Shown here: one piece after another, positions 1-14,795 of the stretch
Position numbering within the stretch: the stretch's first letter is position 1
Layout of the letters: the number at the start of each line of letters is the position of its first letter
Source of the DNA: Eledone cirrhosa
Lineage: Eukaryota
Reading direction: 5' to 3'
Assembly: GCA_964016885.1 (NCBI GenBank)
Contig: OZ024740.1
Coordinates: forward strand, 438,154,001-438,218,000
DNA: 64,000 nt
Translations under genes and position numbers: made by a program
The notes under the pieces: model-generated
The model's input: only the letters and a program-made list of their open reading frames with translations
Databases searched by the model: none
Told to the model about the DNA's origin: nothing

Positions 1-913
1 CGTAAAGCTCGTAGGACAGGCCATACAAACCGGTTGACTTGCGCCTTATGCAGCCGACAAGGGCGTCCTGAATTTCGGCTGAAGTAATCGGCCTTTCGCA
101 GCGTTCAGCGTCGACCGTCGAGATTCGCGGCAAGCCGTCAAGGTAGGGACTGAAATCCGCTACTCTCTCTGACTCGCCACTCTCCCCGAACAACCGAGCA
201 AAGTGCTGGCGAAAGGCCTCACACATCCGCTTGGAATCGCTTATATCGTGTCCGTCTTGGTCCGCCAAAGACCGACTTGTGGTTTTATTACCACGCTGCG
301 CCTCCACCACGCGGGCCCATCGAACAGCTTTGGTTCTCTCGTTTCTCAGCGCACGCGCCTTAGATTTGACAATGCAACCTTCGTGTTTCGCATTGAAGAA
401 ATGGTCTAATGCCATTCTCGCCGCTAGCACGTCAGTTGCAATGCCACTACAAATAGCCTCGTCTAACTTATCTACCAGCTCCCCCTCCTTTCTATTTTTC
501 TCTAACGCTAGTTCTTTGCTGAACTCTATCGAAGTTACTCTGATTTCTCTTTTGAGATCCCCCCACCATCTGTTGTTGATGATCCCCCCTGTCAACTTTT
601 GCTTAACTTCGCTACTGCTCACATCCAAGACCACCAACTTACCGTCCGGGTCCCGGAAGATCGACATTACCTCGAGATCCAGTCCTTTCCTAAACAGCAC
701 TGCCACCCCGCCCCCCATTCCCGGTTTGCTAACAGATGCGAAGATCTGATAGTCGTCGAAAATGGGGGCTAGTGCGCGCGTGTCGGAAATTCTAGTCTCG
801 CTGACGGCAATCACATCCATTTCCAGCGACCTGAGGTCGTTGAGCAGGCGACCCTGCTTCCAGGGTGACCCCAGGCCGCGAACATTTAAACTTCCTACTC
901 TTAATATGGCCAT
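1..913 (-). CDS. LINE ORF2 N-terminus (APE endonuclease with internal deletion, plus linker to RT), open to window edge
   Basis: Manual translation from ATG at 913: MAILRVGSLNVRGL...DVIAVSETR...GGGVAVLFRK...DPDGKLVVLDV...WWGDLKREIR...PITSAEIQDAL...KSTGLYGLSYELY; absent from the ORF track because no stop lies in the window. Confidence 0.85.
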   Translation of the reverse strand, partial: MAILRVGSLNVRGLGSPWKQGRLLNDLRSLEMDVIAVSETRISDTRALAPIFDDYQIFASVSKPGMGGGVAVLFRKGLDLEVMSIFRDPDGKLVVLDVSSSEVKQKLTGGIINNRWWGDLKREIRVTSIEFSKELALEKNRKEGELVDKLDEAICSGIATDVLAARMALDHFFNAKHEGCIVKSKARALRNERTKAVRWARVVEAQRGNKTTSRSLADQDGHDISDSKRMCEAFRQHFARLFGESGESERVADFSPYLDGLPRISTVDAERCERPITSAEIQDALVGCIRRKSTGLYGLSYELY

Positions 914-1019
914 ATTGGTAAGCTAAGAGAGAGAGGGAAGGTTTACTTACCTCCCGGGGTCTTGTGAAGGTCGGGTGGTTCGATCTCCATGGTTGGTGGG
1001 GTTTCTTTTGGGAACTCCT

Positions 1020-2907
1020 TTAAAAGTCTTGATGGGGTTTCACATTCGGGGTTCCCACGTCTTGAGGAAAGCTCTCTCGAATTTCTTTGAAGGAATTGAG
1101 TGACATTCGGACCAGAAGCAAATCTTCTGGCACGAAAAATGTGCTCATTTCAAAAATCTCCCCCTCTGTTTGAATGTCCTCGCTTCGTGCTAAGAGGGCC
1201 ATCAGTTTATTGTTGGCCCTTCTGACAAGCACGAAGTTTTTAACATTTTGTTGGTGTGGTTTTATTTGTTTTCGTTTTGGTGACGGTGGTGGTGATGGTT
1301 TTGGTGGTGTTGTTTCGGGTATGTCTGTGTTTGTTGTAGGTGTGGTGTCTGCAATTTCAGGTATTTGTGTGTTTATTTGTACTTGTGTTTGTCTAGGTTG
1401 TTTGCGTTTAGGGGATTGTGGAGGTGGTGTCGATGTTGCTGTTGGTGATGATGTTATTGAGGAAGTGTTTGCGTTAGTGGTGTCTGTATTTTTTGTTGTG
1501 TATGTTTTTGTGTTTTGTTGGGGCTTTTTTGTGAGTTTTCTCTGTTTTTTTACTTTTGGGTTTTCCTTCATCTTCTCTCTGCTGGAAGACAAAGGGTCTG
1601 TGGCTGTGAGTGTCTCTGTGTCTGTGTGTGCGTTTATTATTTTGTCTATGTGTATAATTGGGGGGGGGGGGAGGGGAGAGCTTACCTGGTTTTCCCCTTG
1701 GATTGGTTTTGGTGTTGGTGGTGATCCGGCTGTTTTTGATGTTGGTGTCTGTGTTTTTCTTGGTGTTGTTTTTGGTGGTGGTGGTGGTGGTGGTGCAGCT
1801 TTCCGTGCTGACACTGGCGTTGGCAACAAAGGAGGTTTGCGACTCCCTGCATTTTTGCGCTGAGGGCAGAAGGCTTGCAAATGCGTTACTTCACCGCAGA
1901 CGAAGCAGCGTGGCCTTCTTCCGTCAATGATTAGTTGGATTGTTGTCCCGTCCTGCAGGCGGGAAAAATCCGGGATGTTGTTCATGTCCTCCGGTTTCAT
2001 TTGGAGAAGAATCTCCAAATCCATTCCGGACCAGTCCTCTCCCTCTGTCCTTTTGATATCCAGGAGGGTAGTGTCTGTCCCCTCCTCGATTACGCATCCC
2101 ATATGTTCATTCCTGGTGGGATGCTGGGAATGCGGACCTTTACTGTCCTTTTACCCATGTAGGACTGATGCATGATAATGCGTTCCGTTCTGCAGGGGGT
2201 CACCGAGTGCTTAATATCGAGGGCCTCGGTTTGGACAGTACTGAGATGGTACCGAACTGTTTGCCTCTTGCTTTGTACTCTATGTTACTTCCGATGTACT
2301 CCAAAGCAGCCTTGACCTCTGTTTGGCTGGCGAGTTCCACTTTTCGTGTCTGCACCGAAATGCATCGAAAGAACACCGTCCTCCTTTGTATGGCCGTTAT
2401 TGCCTCGTCCGGGATGGTCAGGTTTGCCCAGGACTTCTCCCGTTTAATTAGCCTCCACGCTTGGGCTAACTGTTCGTCTTTATCGCTAATATCAATATCA
2501 ATATTCAATAAGCGCTTTGTTTTTGCTGCTGCTGCAGCAAATCTGGTGCTTCTGATGCTTTTATTGTTGGTGTTGTCATTCTTGCTGTTGTTATTGGTGT
2601 TGTTGTTGTTGTTTTGTTTGTTTATGTTGTTGCCACCGCCATCCGTGTTTACATTGAAGCTGTCGGTGTTATTGTCGTTATTGCTCTGAGTTGTTGTTGT
2701 GGTGGTGGTGGCGGTGGTGGTGATGTCGTTTTCAGATGATACTGCTGCTATCACAGAAGGTTGTGATGGTAGCTTTTTAGTTTTGCCTCCACATTCAGTA
2801 GAGTGAATGACAGGCATGACTGTAGCCGTCGTAGTCGTGGTGAAATCTACAGTGGCTGCCTTTAAACTTTTGACGTTGTTTACCGTTTCAAGGTCGAAAA
2901 TTTCCAT
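1020..2907 (-). pseudogene. LINE ORF1 (gag-like zinc-knuckle protein), frameshifted
   Basis: ORFs 2907-2200 and 2102-1020; CFVCGEVTHLQAFC is a CX2CX4HX4C knuckle; T/N/P-rich low-complexity termini. Confidence 0.75.
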
Positions 2908-3181
2908 AATTTTTTGGTGGGGAAGCGATTTTTTTCGAAGTTTAAAAAAAATAAATCTGAATATTCGGGCTTAAAGCCCGAATATTGAGAGGTATCCCTG
3001 TCTTTAAATCAAGATGTGTACCTTAAGTTTCGTTAACGACAAGAAAATATAAAAAATGACACTTTAAAACAGCTTAAAGTTACGAATCTTTTCCCCCGCA
3101 GATTTGTACTGTCTTCACACATGTGCGACCATAAAATAATAATAATATATGTATATATATATATATACACACACACACATC

Positions 3182-3279
<98 letters not shown>

Positions 3280-3431
3280 TATATGACGTTCACGGACCCA
3301 GCATATGTATCAATGCTAGGAACGGTTGCATCTCAGCGTACTCAATAGGCAATGTAAAATATACTCCCAGAGTATACACATAGTTATTCGCTTCAATACA
3401 ACACACACGTAAAAGGGGACCTATAAAAGTT

Positions 3432-3542
3432 CCCGAACTCGAGTTTCGGCCAAACTTAATTCAGCAGTAGTGTGCACCGCACCCTCTCTCTGCATATGTT
3501 ATGCAACAATGCATAACCGGCGCATGTCGCTTCGTCAGCGGG
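3432..3542 (-). ncRNA. Type I hammerhead ribozyme motif (PLE-terminal module)
   Basis: CCCG-CTGACGA...GAAA-CTCGAG-TT-CGGG: helix I CCCG/CGGG, palindromic helix III, GUU triplet; long irregular helix II. Confidence 0.65.
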
Positions 3543-3796
3543 TTCGCCTAATCAATAACCAATCGATCGACAGAATTTGACTCCAGTCTATGAATGCTTG
3601 TGACGGTCGTAATAGTAAAATGATTAGCAAATGGAATCTGATATAATGCTGTCCCCCGATCGGCCACCGATTTACAAATTTACGTGATGGCAGGAGATTA
3701 GAAAACAATTATTTCCGCTCCCGTCAAAAACACTGAGCCAACGTGTCTTAAACACAAATTAATAAATTGGTTAATAGAAAAAGCAGTCTCACATCG

Positions 3797-3897
<101 letters not shown>

Positions 3898-4585
3898 GGG
3901 ATACTATTTATGGTTATGTATATATTAAAACTTTTTATAGTTATGTATATTTTAAACCCTAAACAGTGAAGGTCAGTAATTTATTACTACCTTATTACCA
4001 GTAAGATAAATAGCTCAATGTAATAACATCAGTTGTTCTACAGAGCAGTTATATAGAATCATCGTTACTTATGTGATGGATGTAGAAACAGGGTCTTACT
4101 TTTTCTGAATGTGAAAATGTTGGTGGATACGAAAACCATAACTTTCATTTGCTTCTTCTTTTTCTTTTTCTTTTTCTTTTTCTGCACACATACTTTTTTG
4201 TTCTATACAAAACATACCTTACCACTACAACCACCATAATAATCTTGCTTCCCCGCTTAAAGTGCTTGCATTACGTGTAACACCCTGCCACAATAGTGTA
4301 AAAATGAGACACACATGCTCCATGTGTAACTAACGCATACACTACCTACTAGACCTGACTATCAAACTATCTATCCTCTTGCATTATCTGTGTCATCTGC
4401 CGAATGTATTTTAATTTTAATTTTTATTTAAATTTTGATTTTGATTTTGATTTTGAATTTGAATTGCTATACAAAAATAGTATAGTATAATATATGCCAC
4501 TCCACTGTACATCAATATATATATATGTATCTGTATGTCTCTTGCGTTGGAAAGGAGGTCAATTATGTGTACAAACATTGAAAAA

Positions 4586-4662
4586 TGGTCCGAAGACTCC
4601 AAGCCTAGGTTTGGATGAAACAATTGTAAGTGAATAAATGGTTTGAACATAGCTTTGATTCC

Positions 4663-4670
<8 letters not shown>
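4586..4670 (+). ncRNA. Degenerate hammerhead motif plus PLE tail
   Basis: CCGAAGA-C-TCCAAGC-CTAG-GTTTGGA-T-GAAA-CAATTG-TA; the tail resembles modules at 13610-13735 and 15050-15155. Confidence 0.45.
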
Positions 4671-4746
<76 letters not shown>

Positions 4747-4750
<4 letters not shown>

Positions 4751-6006
4751 GTGGTTACACAACAGTTAGTACACCATACCGAGAAGAAATGTTTCACCTT
4801 AGCAGATCCTCACCTCGTAATGGACATGGTTATACGGAACAGGAAGGACAACCGTACGAACGCGCATGCGCAGAAACGATCACTTCACAAAGGCAATACT
4901 AAATTGCGTGCGAGAGGTGTAAGGGAGATAACTGCGAAAGTCCGAAAGTTTCTAGTTGATAAGAAAATTAGGATGTTGTAATTCAATCCGGAGCTTTGTA
5001 GTTATGTAAGAGGTGTTTCCAGATGTGTGGACAACGTGTGAAGAATACATTTCTCGAGTTTAGGTAATCACTATTGCGTAATCTCTTATAATATTTATTC
5101 GTTCATCAATACATAGTCCACGTGTTAGATTCCCGGACTTCCACACGGGAATATACCGCGACGATGGGCTGACCTTATCGAGCCATAAAAGTGGTCACGA
5201 CGTGGACCGGTTTAAAAAAGACTTAGCTTCTGCCTTCAATGAGTTAGGACTTAGGATAACAGTAGCTACCAACCTCTCTGGCGTAGATTTCTTAGACATT
5301 AATTTAGACCTTCGCATCTACAGACCTATAGACCCTTCCATAAGCTTAACGAAAAACTTAAGTACATTCACAACGACTCATGCCACCTTCCCACTGTTTT
5401 TAGAAACATCGTAAATAATATCAGTAATAAAATTCTCCTCTAATAAGGCTATCTTTAACAGAGCGGCACCCTACTATAACAAGGCGTTAGCTCACAGCGG
5501 CTTCTCGCAACCTACCACTTACTCTCCCACTAACAACAACGGCAATAAGAAAAGAAAACGTAACAATAGACAAACTATCTGGTTCTCTCCTCCCTTCTCA
5601 CTCAACGTTAAAACCAATGTAGGCGAAACATTTCTAGCCCTCTTAGATAGACACTTTCCCATAGGTCATAAATACCGCTCCATCTTTAACCGACACAAAG
5701 TAAAACTAGGATACTCCTGCGCTAAGTACATGAAGGCACACATCACCAACAGCCCTAAGAGCAACACCACACAAGGGTGCTCTTGCCGTAAGCCCAAAGC
5801 TTGTCTCCTTCAACAGCAATGCAACACATGCGCATTCGTACGGTTGTCCTTCCTGTTCCTTCCTGTCCATTACGAGCTGAGGATCCCCTAAGGTGAAACA
5901 ATTGTTCTCGGTATGGTGAACTAACTGTTGTGTAACCACTTCAACCTAACTTGTCCCATGAACTGAGTGCTCTACCACTACGGATATTACCTTCCAGTGT
6001 TCTACC

Positions 6007-6008
<2 letters not shown>
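4747..6008 (+). mobile_element. Naiad-like PLE fragment with inverted terminal repeats
   Basis: About 5150-5820 encodes GIYRDDGL...VDFLDINLDL...KVKLGYSC...CSCRKPKAC (frameshifted); 4747-4870 is the reverse complement of 5826-5942; flanked by (TA)n. Confidence 0.8.
5873..5910 (+). ncRNA. Minimal type I hammerhead motif
   Basis: CGAG-CTGAGGA-TCCCCTAAGGT-GAAA-CAATTG-TT-CTCG; helix I CGAG/CTCG, palindromic helix III. Confidence 0.6.
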
Positions 6009-7791
<1,783 letters not shown>

Positions 7792-7792
7792 G

Positions 7793-10486
7793 GAAAAGAG
7801 TCAGGAACCCGACGGCTGAGCTCTGGCAGTTTCGACAGCTAGATCCGAACTAAAGCGCCGGTATTCGAGCGAAGGGAATCTAGCTGAACTCCTCAAGGGG
7901 TATAGTCCATATATATGGGCAGACAGTCTATGCAAAAAATAAAAAAGATCTTAAGAGTTCTCTTTTTCTCCTGGAGTGGTCAGTGATCGGGTGGGTGGGA
8001 TTTGGGTTCAAATGGCTGATTTAGTCCTGCTATATCCCGATAAATGTCTTGAATTTTCTAGTTCTATTACACTCATGGCGGCAAGGAAGGGGCTAGAGAA
8101 GACGAGAAGCAGGAGAAAATAGGTAACTAGACCTATTGACCTGAAGATGTTAAGCTCATCAGTCGTACATACACGTAATTAAGCGAGAATTCTACCTCAT
8201 CAAATATTTCTGATCTGTAAAAATGACATTTTACTTAACTACATTAGGTTCAAAAGGAAAATAAGAAAAATTACAAAACAAAAAAAAACGAGAGAAATTT
8301 TAATTTCGGCGTATTGAAGTCAAAGGGAATGGCCTAGTGTATGCACGTGTTTGTTAATTTGCTTTTTATTTATGATTTGCTAAAAAGCTAAGCATTTATA
8401 ATCTATTACTCGTAGAGATTTCTAGTTATAATTGCTCTATGGCCCAGGAAAGGCGCCTTGTTCACTAATTTACTTATTTCAAACACTAATAAATCTACGA
8501 TTAATCTTAAAAATAGTTCTAGCTATCGTAAGTTAGCTAAGAATCTATAGTACTATGGATTCCTGTTTTATATAAGAAATGCCTCAAAGTGTATTTATAA
8601 CAGGTAAATCAAAGCCATCGCAATACCTTAGCAAAAGGAAGTAATAGAATTGAATGCTAAATAATAGCTTTCTTTAATATTGCTAACGCTATAAATTTTT
8701 GTGAGGGTGCTTCCAGACGAGGCTAATATATGTGTATATAATAGTACACATGTACTCCATATATACCTGGCGTGCCATTGCTACAGGAATGGCAATGATT
8801 TAACTTGTGTAATAGATCTGTGCATGTAGCGTAGCTATCTAATCTGCTGGTCCTGAAGGGAAATATGTATATGTTTACAATAATGTAAATGTTCTATTTC
8901 CACCTAAGGATGCTTTAGGAAAGGGACAAGTGTGTTCTGGATTTCCTCTATCTTAGTGTGTAAGTGGGAAGGATATTAAAACCAAGATCTACCCACCTGG
9001 ATCGTGAGGGGGTTTGAAAGTAAGATATGTCCTATATATTCTGTGTTTACACGAGGTAACAAGTTCATCCTTTTAGTTTAATAATTTATCTTTGGCAAAC
9101 AGCGTCTGGGTCGTTTCCTCCGAGCATAAATTGCATGGATGGCGTCCTTCCAAGTAAGATTTTGTCTTGGAAAGTAGGCTTCATTTTAGATGATAAGTAA
9201 TGTTGTAGTATTGGAGGTCCCAAATATGGCCAGAAAGTGCTGTAGCGTGTCGCCGGGCCGGGTTTCTAAATGAATTTTAATGTTGGCAGTACCGGGTCAT
9301 GAACTCGCAGGCGGTTAATCTGATGTAAGCCTTGTTGAAATGTTCTGTCCTCACGTTGCTCTGGTAGACCACGTTTCGTTCTTGACATTTATTGTTGAGA
9401 GGGCACAATGATCTATCCGGACAGTTACAGCTAGTTTGATCACCACTAATACCGTTGATATTTCTGTTAGAGGAGTTTTGCGTTGTTAGAGGAAGCAATA
9501 TTTTGAGCAAAGTTGGGTGTAGTGCTGTACAGTGATTCTGTTGATGATATTGTGGTAGCGGTGTTGGGTTGGGAAGAGTTTGTCAAGAAGTCTGAGGAAG
9601 ATCTTCCCAATTGGTTTTACGACCTCAGCATTGTGGGGAGGATTGAACCACGTTACGTGGCATGAGCGGTGGCGTCCCCTGCTAGATCCGCTAGTTGGGT
9701 CTGGATATTAAGAAAGTTCCTCCTTGAAGCCACTTCTTTTGAGGGTCTGTTTGTGGTGTGGCGCATGTTCATTTAAGATCTTCTCATTTGTGAACAAGCG
9801 TGATATACGGAGGGAGATATTTTTTACTATATTATTGGTAATATTCCTTGGATGGTTGGAATAACGGTGGATATAGTGTAAGTTTCGGTTCGGTTCCCTG
9901 CAGGGGTAGTACAGATTGTTCTCCAGATTTAGTGTTACAACCAAAAGTTGATTGTGAAACCCAAATCACGGAAGTATTGATGTGGTGTGTATGGACGCAG
10001 TCCGTACTATTGGGGTTGTATCCTGTCAGGGTAACAAGCCCATCGTCTCTGTACAAACCATCTCCGAACGCAGGAAACTTTTCAATCAGTGTTTGGAGTA
10101 CGAATATTCCTATGAAGTCCGTTACCTCGACCGAGTCGCTAGAACCCATACTAACGTCGAACTGAGAGTTTGGGCCATGAGGGCAATAAAATTAGAGAAT
10201 TCAGGACATTTATCAGAGTATAGCAGGACTAAAAAATCCATTCGAACAAAGGTACCTCTGCGATCACTGACCACTCCCGGAGAAAGACAAAAAAAACAAC
10301 AAAAAAAAAACAAAGCAAAAATAAAGAGAGTACTTTTAAGATTTTTTTGCATAGAATGTCTACCCATATATGGACTATACCACTTGAGAGGTTCAGATAA
10401 ATTCCCTTCGTTCGAAAACTGGCGCTTTAGTTCGGATCTAACTTTCGAAACGGCCGGAGCTCAGCCGCCGGGATCCTGAATCTTTT

Positions 10487-10487
<1 letters not shown>
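7793..10487 (-). mobile_element. 5'-truncated Naiad-like PLE (RT C-terminus plus GIY-YIG) with a terminal repeat and an inverted copy at its 5' end
   Basis: FDVSMGSSDSVE...GLYRDDGL, YIHRYSNHP, CNCPDRSLCPLNNKCQERNVVYQ...YIRLT...CNLC; 7793-8080 is homologous to the reverse complement of 10170-10487. Confidence 0.85.
7807..7901 (-). ncRNA. Hammerhead-like motif with a variant CUUGAGGA core
   Basis: ACCC-CTTGAGGA...CAGCTAGAT/ATCTAGCTG...GAAAC-TGC-CAGAGCTCA-GCC-GTC-GGGT; related copies have helix III ACGGC/GCCGT. Confidence 0.5.
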
Positions 10488-10582
<95 letters not shown>

Positions 10583-11243
10583 AGAAAAGAAAAGATTCAG
10601 GATCCCGGCGGCTGAGCTCCGGCCGTTTCGAAAGTTAGATCCGAACTAAAGCGCCAGTTTTCGAACGAAGGGAATTTATCTGAACCTCTCAAGTGGTATA
10701 GTCCATATATGGGTAGACATTCTATGCAAAAAAATCTTAAAAGTACTCTCTTTATTTTTGCTTTGTTTTTTTTTTGTTGTTTTTTTTTGTCTTTCTCCGG
10801 GAGTGGTCAGTGATCGCAGAGGTACCTTTGTTCGAATGGATTTTTTAGTCCTGCTATACTCTGATAAATGTCCTGAATTCTCTAATTTTATTGCCCTCAT
10901 GGCCCAAACTCTCAGTTCGACGTTAGTATGGGTTCTAGCGACTCGGTCGAGGTAACGGACTTCATAGGAATATTCGTACTCCAAACACTGATTGAAAAGT
11001 TTCCTGCGTTCGGAGATGGTTTGTACAGAGACGATGGGCTTGTTACCCTGACAGGATACAACCCCAATAGTACGGACTGCGTCCATACACACCACATCAA
11101 TACTTCCGTGATTTGGGTTTCACAATCACCCTACAAATGCCTCTTACCTGTGTCAACTTTTTGGTTGTAACACTAAATCTGGAGAACAATCTGTACTACC
11201 CCTGCAGGGAACCGAACCGAAACTTACACTATATCCACCGTTA
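9860..11243. repeat. Large inverted repeat (about 630-bp arms) centred on (TA)n
   Basis: 9860-10487 is the reverse complement of 10590-11243 apart from a ~27-bp indel; mirrored ORFs appear in the track. Confidence 0.9.
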
Positions 11244-11470
11244 TTATCACTGGCTTTAATGGTAACGGTAATATGTTGGTTGATGTTTCTACATTTGTCG
11301 ATGTGTTTTTTGAATGAGGATGCATGTGTGTTGAGGTGTTCTTTAATTGGAGTGTGCAGTTTCGGAGTCAAGCTACCAATGTAGAACTCCTTACATTTGT
11401 TGCATTCAGTCCGTGTATCACATGTGTCCGCTGGCATTATAATATACAATGCTTCAAGCAAATTATATTT

Positions 11471-11506
<36 letters not shown>

Positions 11507-11731
11507 AAATATAATTTGCTTGAAGCATTGTATATTATAATGCCAGCGGACACATGTGATACACGGACTGAATGCAACAAATGTAAGGAGTTCTACATTG
11601 GTAGCTTGACTCCGAAACTGCACACTCCAATTAAAGAACACCTCAACACACATGTATCCTCATTCAAAAAACACATCGACAAATGTAGAAACATCAACCA
11701 ACATATTACCGTTACCATTAAAGCCAGTGAT
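11244..11731. repeat. Inverted repeat (about 228-bp arms) centred on (TA)n
   Basis: Near-identical mirrored ORFs 11153-11653(-) and 11324-11896(+). Confidence 0.9.
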
Positions 11732-12198
11732 AGAAATGTGGGAAACTTAAGCATTAAGGAAGACTTGCTCATACGTAGACTCAACCCGCAAATAAATAAT
11801 AGATTAGAACTCAGCACACAGTGCTTGACATATAAAGACACACCAATAGGCACACAAACTCAACATCTCATACAAAAAAGAAAATCGATTTCCTGAAATA
11901 CTATATTGGAATTTGACATCATTCTCGTGAAAAATTAAGTAGCCATCGAAAAACGCTTCAAAATGACTTAGAAAAAAATTCAAATCAAAATCAAAATTTT
12001 ATCCCGAAGAGTGGAAATTGGAACGTTATCAACTGAAGGTTCCTTAAACCCTGATAAAGGGACTTTTATGTCCCGAAATATTGGACAGATAAAAGAACAA
12101 CAACAAAACAAAACAAGGATTACCAGTTAAATTTTACTTTTCGTAACCTTATCTTACAGCCCATTTTGCATTGTTTGGCCTTCTATCTCTTTCAACGT
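11503..12198 (+). mobile_element. Penelope/Poseidon-like PLE 3' fragment (GIY-YIG) with a hammerhead-like motif
   Basis: ECNKCKEFYIGS...IKEH...LSIKEDLLIRRLNPQINNRLE; CTGATAA-A-GGGAC-TTTTAT-GTCCC-GAAA at 12051-12078. Confidence 0.75.
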
Positions 12199-12235
<37 letters not shown>

Positions 12236-12291
12236 GTATATACATATATGTATATATATATATATGTATGTATATATATATATATATATAT

Positions 12292-13035
12292 ACTATGTGA
12301 GATACTATAGACTATGGAGTTGAGAGTCTGCTTAGGGTGGTTGGAGGCATAATTAATATAAGAGAGGCACTCTTTTAGGTTTCGAACACATCTCCACTCT
12401 TTCACAAATAGAAAACTAAGGCACTCCACTTCGCTCGCGGACTACATCACATCACTAAAGGACTTAAACATCAGCCTCTCCACGCACTGGGAGATTGTCG
12501 ACAGGGCTGCACCGTACAACTTCAAGAGGAAATGCGATCTTTGCCTCATGGAGCTCTACCACATCATAACTGCACCCCACGAGCTCATCAACAGCGATAA
12601 GTTGTACACATCGCTTAAAAATATCCTTCTTCAGATGGGTTAAGGATGAGGAGTGAAACCGTACACCGGATCTCACTGCAACAAGTCTTAACACCCCGGC
12701 GGGCAAGCGCTGCAAAATAACACCCAGGAAACTATCCTTGCATACCAAACCCAGCCTCAGACAAACAGATGCGGCAAAAAAAAAATTGACCGGGAAAGAC
12801 TGCCCTAAGACCGGCCAGAGTTACCTCCCTTGACCTGCTGCAAAATCAAAACAAGATATTTTTGTGAGCAATGAACCTTGATGTGGATTTAACCCCCAAA
12901 ACTCTTTCCGAGCAATATAAGGAACACTTGTGATTATTTATGCCCTTGAGAAGCCCAACTGGGCGAAACCTACGTAGGTGCTGTTTTAAATAAACATGTT
13001 TTATCGGTCTATTCTCTGATCTTTTACTTTCCCAC

Positions 13036-13037
<2 letters not shown>
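12292..13037 (+). mobile_element. Naiad-like PLE 3' fragment (GIY-YIG C-terminus) with a small inverted RT-thumb piece and a hammerhead-like motif
   Basis: HSTSLADYITSLKD...HWEIVDRAAPY...KCDLCLMELYHII on plus; YINYASNHP on minus at about 12300-12365; CTTGAGAA-GCCC-AACT-GGGC-GAAACCTACGTAGGT at about 12944-12979. Confidence 0.7.
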
Positions 13038-13068
<31 letters not shown>

Positions 13069-13290
13069 AATATTGGTTGCCAGGAGATGAAGGGTGCCCA
13101 CCTGCATATAGAATGGTATCATTTCATTTGGATAATGAATCAATGATATTTTCAAAAAATACATAAATGGAAACAAGAGTATAATCAATTTTTTTAGGAA
13201 AAATATCTCGCCTTCTCAAATAAAAAAATATTATATATTTTGGGAAATGAAGAGACTTTCAATAATGACCTTTGGTCTTTCCCACTTACT

Positions 13291-13416
<126 letters not shown>

Positions 13417-13557
13417 GAGTTAACAAGATTCAATGAGTACATCAAAGAATAAGTTTTACAGTAGATTGGAAGCACTCTACAAGCATATTTTCGAAAGTTA
13501 TTAATATTAAAATATAAATATTAATATAAGAGAACATCTATTTTATTAATATTTATA

Positions 13558-13606
<49 letters not shown>

Positions 13607-13609
13607 ATA

Positions 13610-13735
13610 TTACACACTAATCAGAGCTATGTTCAAATCATTTTATTGCTGACAATCGTTTCTTCCAAACTATCGGGGCACTAGCACTATAGTTGTATAT
13701 AGTGTATACATAACTATAAATAATATCTTCATCAT
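13610..13735 (-). repeat. Short PLE-tail-like dispersed repeat (second copy 15050-15155)
   Basis: Two similar copies next to (TA)n; they retain GAAACGATTGTC, the 3' half of a hammerhead. Confidence 0.55.
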
Positions 13736-13739
13736 CTAT

Positions 13740-14756
13740 ATTAATGACATCACTGACATCATCAAACACAGTAACGTTAGAATCTTCGCTGATGATTCCA
13801 AGCTCCAAAAGGTCATCAATGGCGTGGATGACCGGATAAGCCTTCACTCAGACCTACTGGCTGTTACCCAATGGGCGGAAAAGAACAACATGTTACTGAA
13901 CGAAGACAAATTCGAACTGATCCACTTTGGAAAAGAGCACGCTCTGAAACTCCTGTAATCCCTTCCCTCCGGTGAAACTCTCGTGGCATCTAACAACATC
14001 AGAGACTTGGGAGTAACCGTGGACAGCAACATAAGCTGGGCCACGCATATAAGCAGCAAAGTTGACATGGCACGCAGAATGTGTTCCTGGATCCTCAGAA
14101 CCTTCTAGTCGAGAGATTCCCACACCATTATCCTTCTCTTCTCCACTTTTGCCCGACCACACCTTGAATACTGTTGTCCACTGTGGTCTCCCCACACGAA
14201 ACAAAGTATCATGAAACTTGAAGCTCCCCAAAGGGCAATCACGAAAAAGATAGATGGCATGTCAGACCTTGACTACTGGGGTCGACTAGAAAAGCTGAAA
14301 CTTTACTCACTCCAACGTTGCCGTGAGCGTTATATTATCTGTATGATGTGGAAAATGTTTCATTAGCAGTGCCCAAATGATATTGACATCACCTTCAAAA
14401 TACACCCAAGGCTTGGGCCCAGGGCTATCCGTCCCAAACAAAAATCTAAATCGCAACTCATAAAAACAATACGGCACAATCATTTCACCTCAATTGGCCC
14501 TGCTCTCTTCAACATCACACCAGGACACGTCAAAACAGAAACTGACCACACAAAATTCAAGAAGTCTTTGGACAAATTCCTCCAAGTAATCCCGGACAAA
14601 CCACCCACACCCTGATATGTCTCCGCAAACAGTAATTCTCTTCTCGAATGGGCCATGGTGCCCAAATCCTGAATTGAAAGACTTCGCCAGGTGGTGCTAT
14701 TAAGTTAGATATGGCCTGGGCCAATACTGGCCTAAACATTTCAAAGTTATTCAAAG

Positions 14757-14759
<3 letters not shown>
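13740..14759 (+). mobile_element. CR1-group LINE 3' fragment (RT C-terminus)
   Basis: FADDSKL...DLLAVTQWAEKNNMLLNEDKFELIHFG...DLGVTVD...RPHLEYCCPLWSP...LYSLQRCRER with stops; tandem TTCAAAGTTA tail then (TA)n. Confidence 0.85.

Positions 14760-14791
<32 letters not shown>

Positions 14792-14795
<4 letters not shown>

Larger units (their letters stand above)
1..3030 (-). mobile_element. Tx1/L1-clade non-LTR retrotransposon, 5' portion (continues beyond window start)
   Basis: ORF1 with a CCHC knuckle followed by an ORF2 with an APE endonuclease N-terminus and the pre-RT linker; 5' boundary approximate. Confidence 0.85.

Noticed and set aside
203-2689. Plus-strand ORFs over the LINE
   Set aside because: Antisense shadows of LINE ORF1 and ORF2
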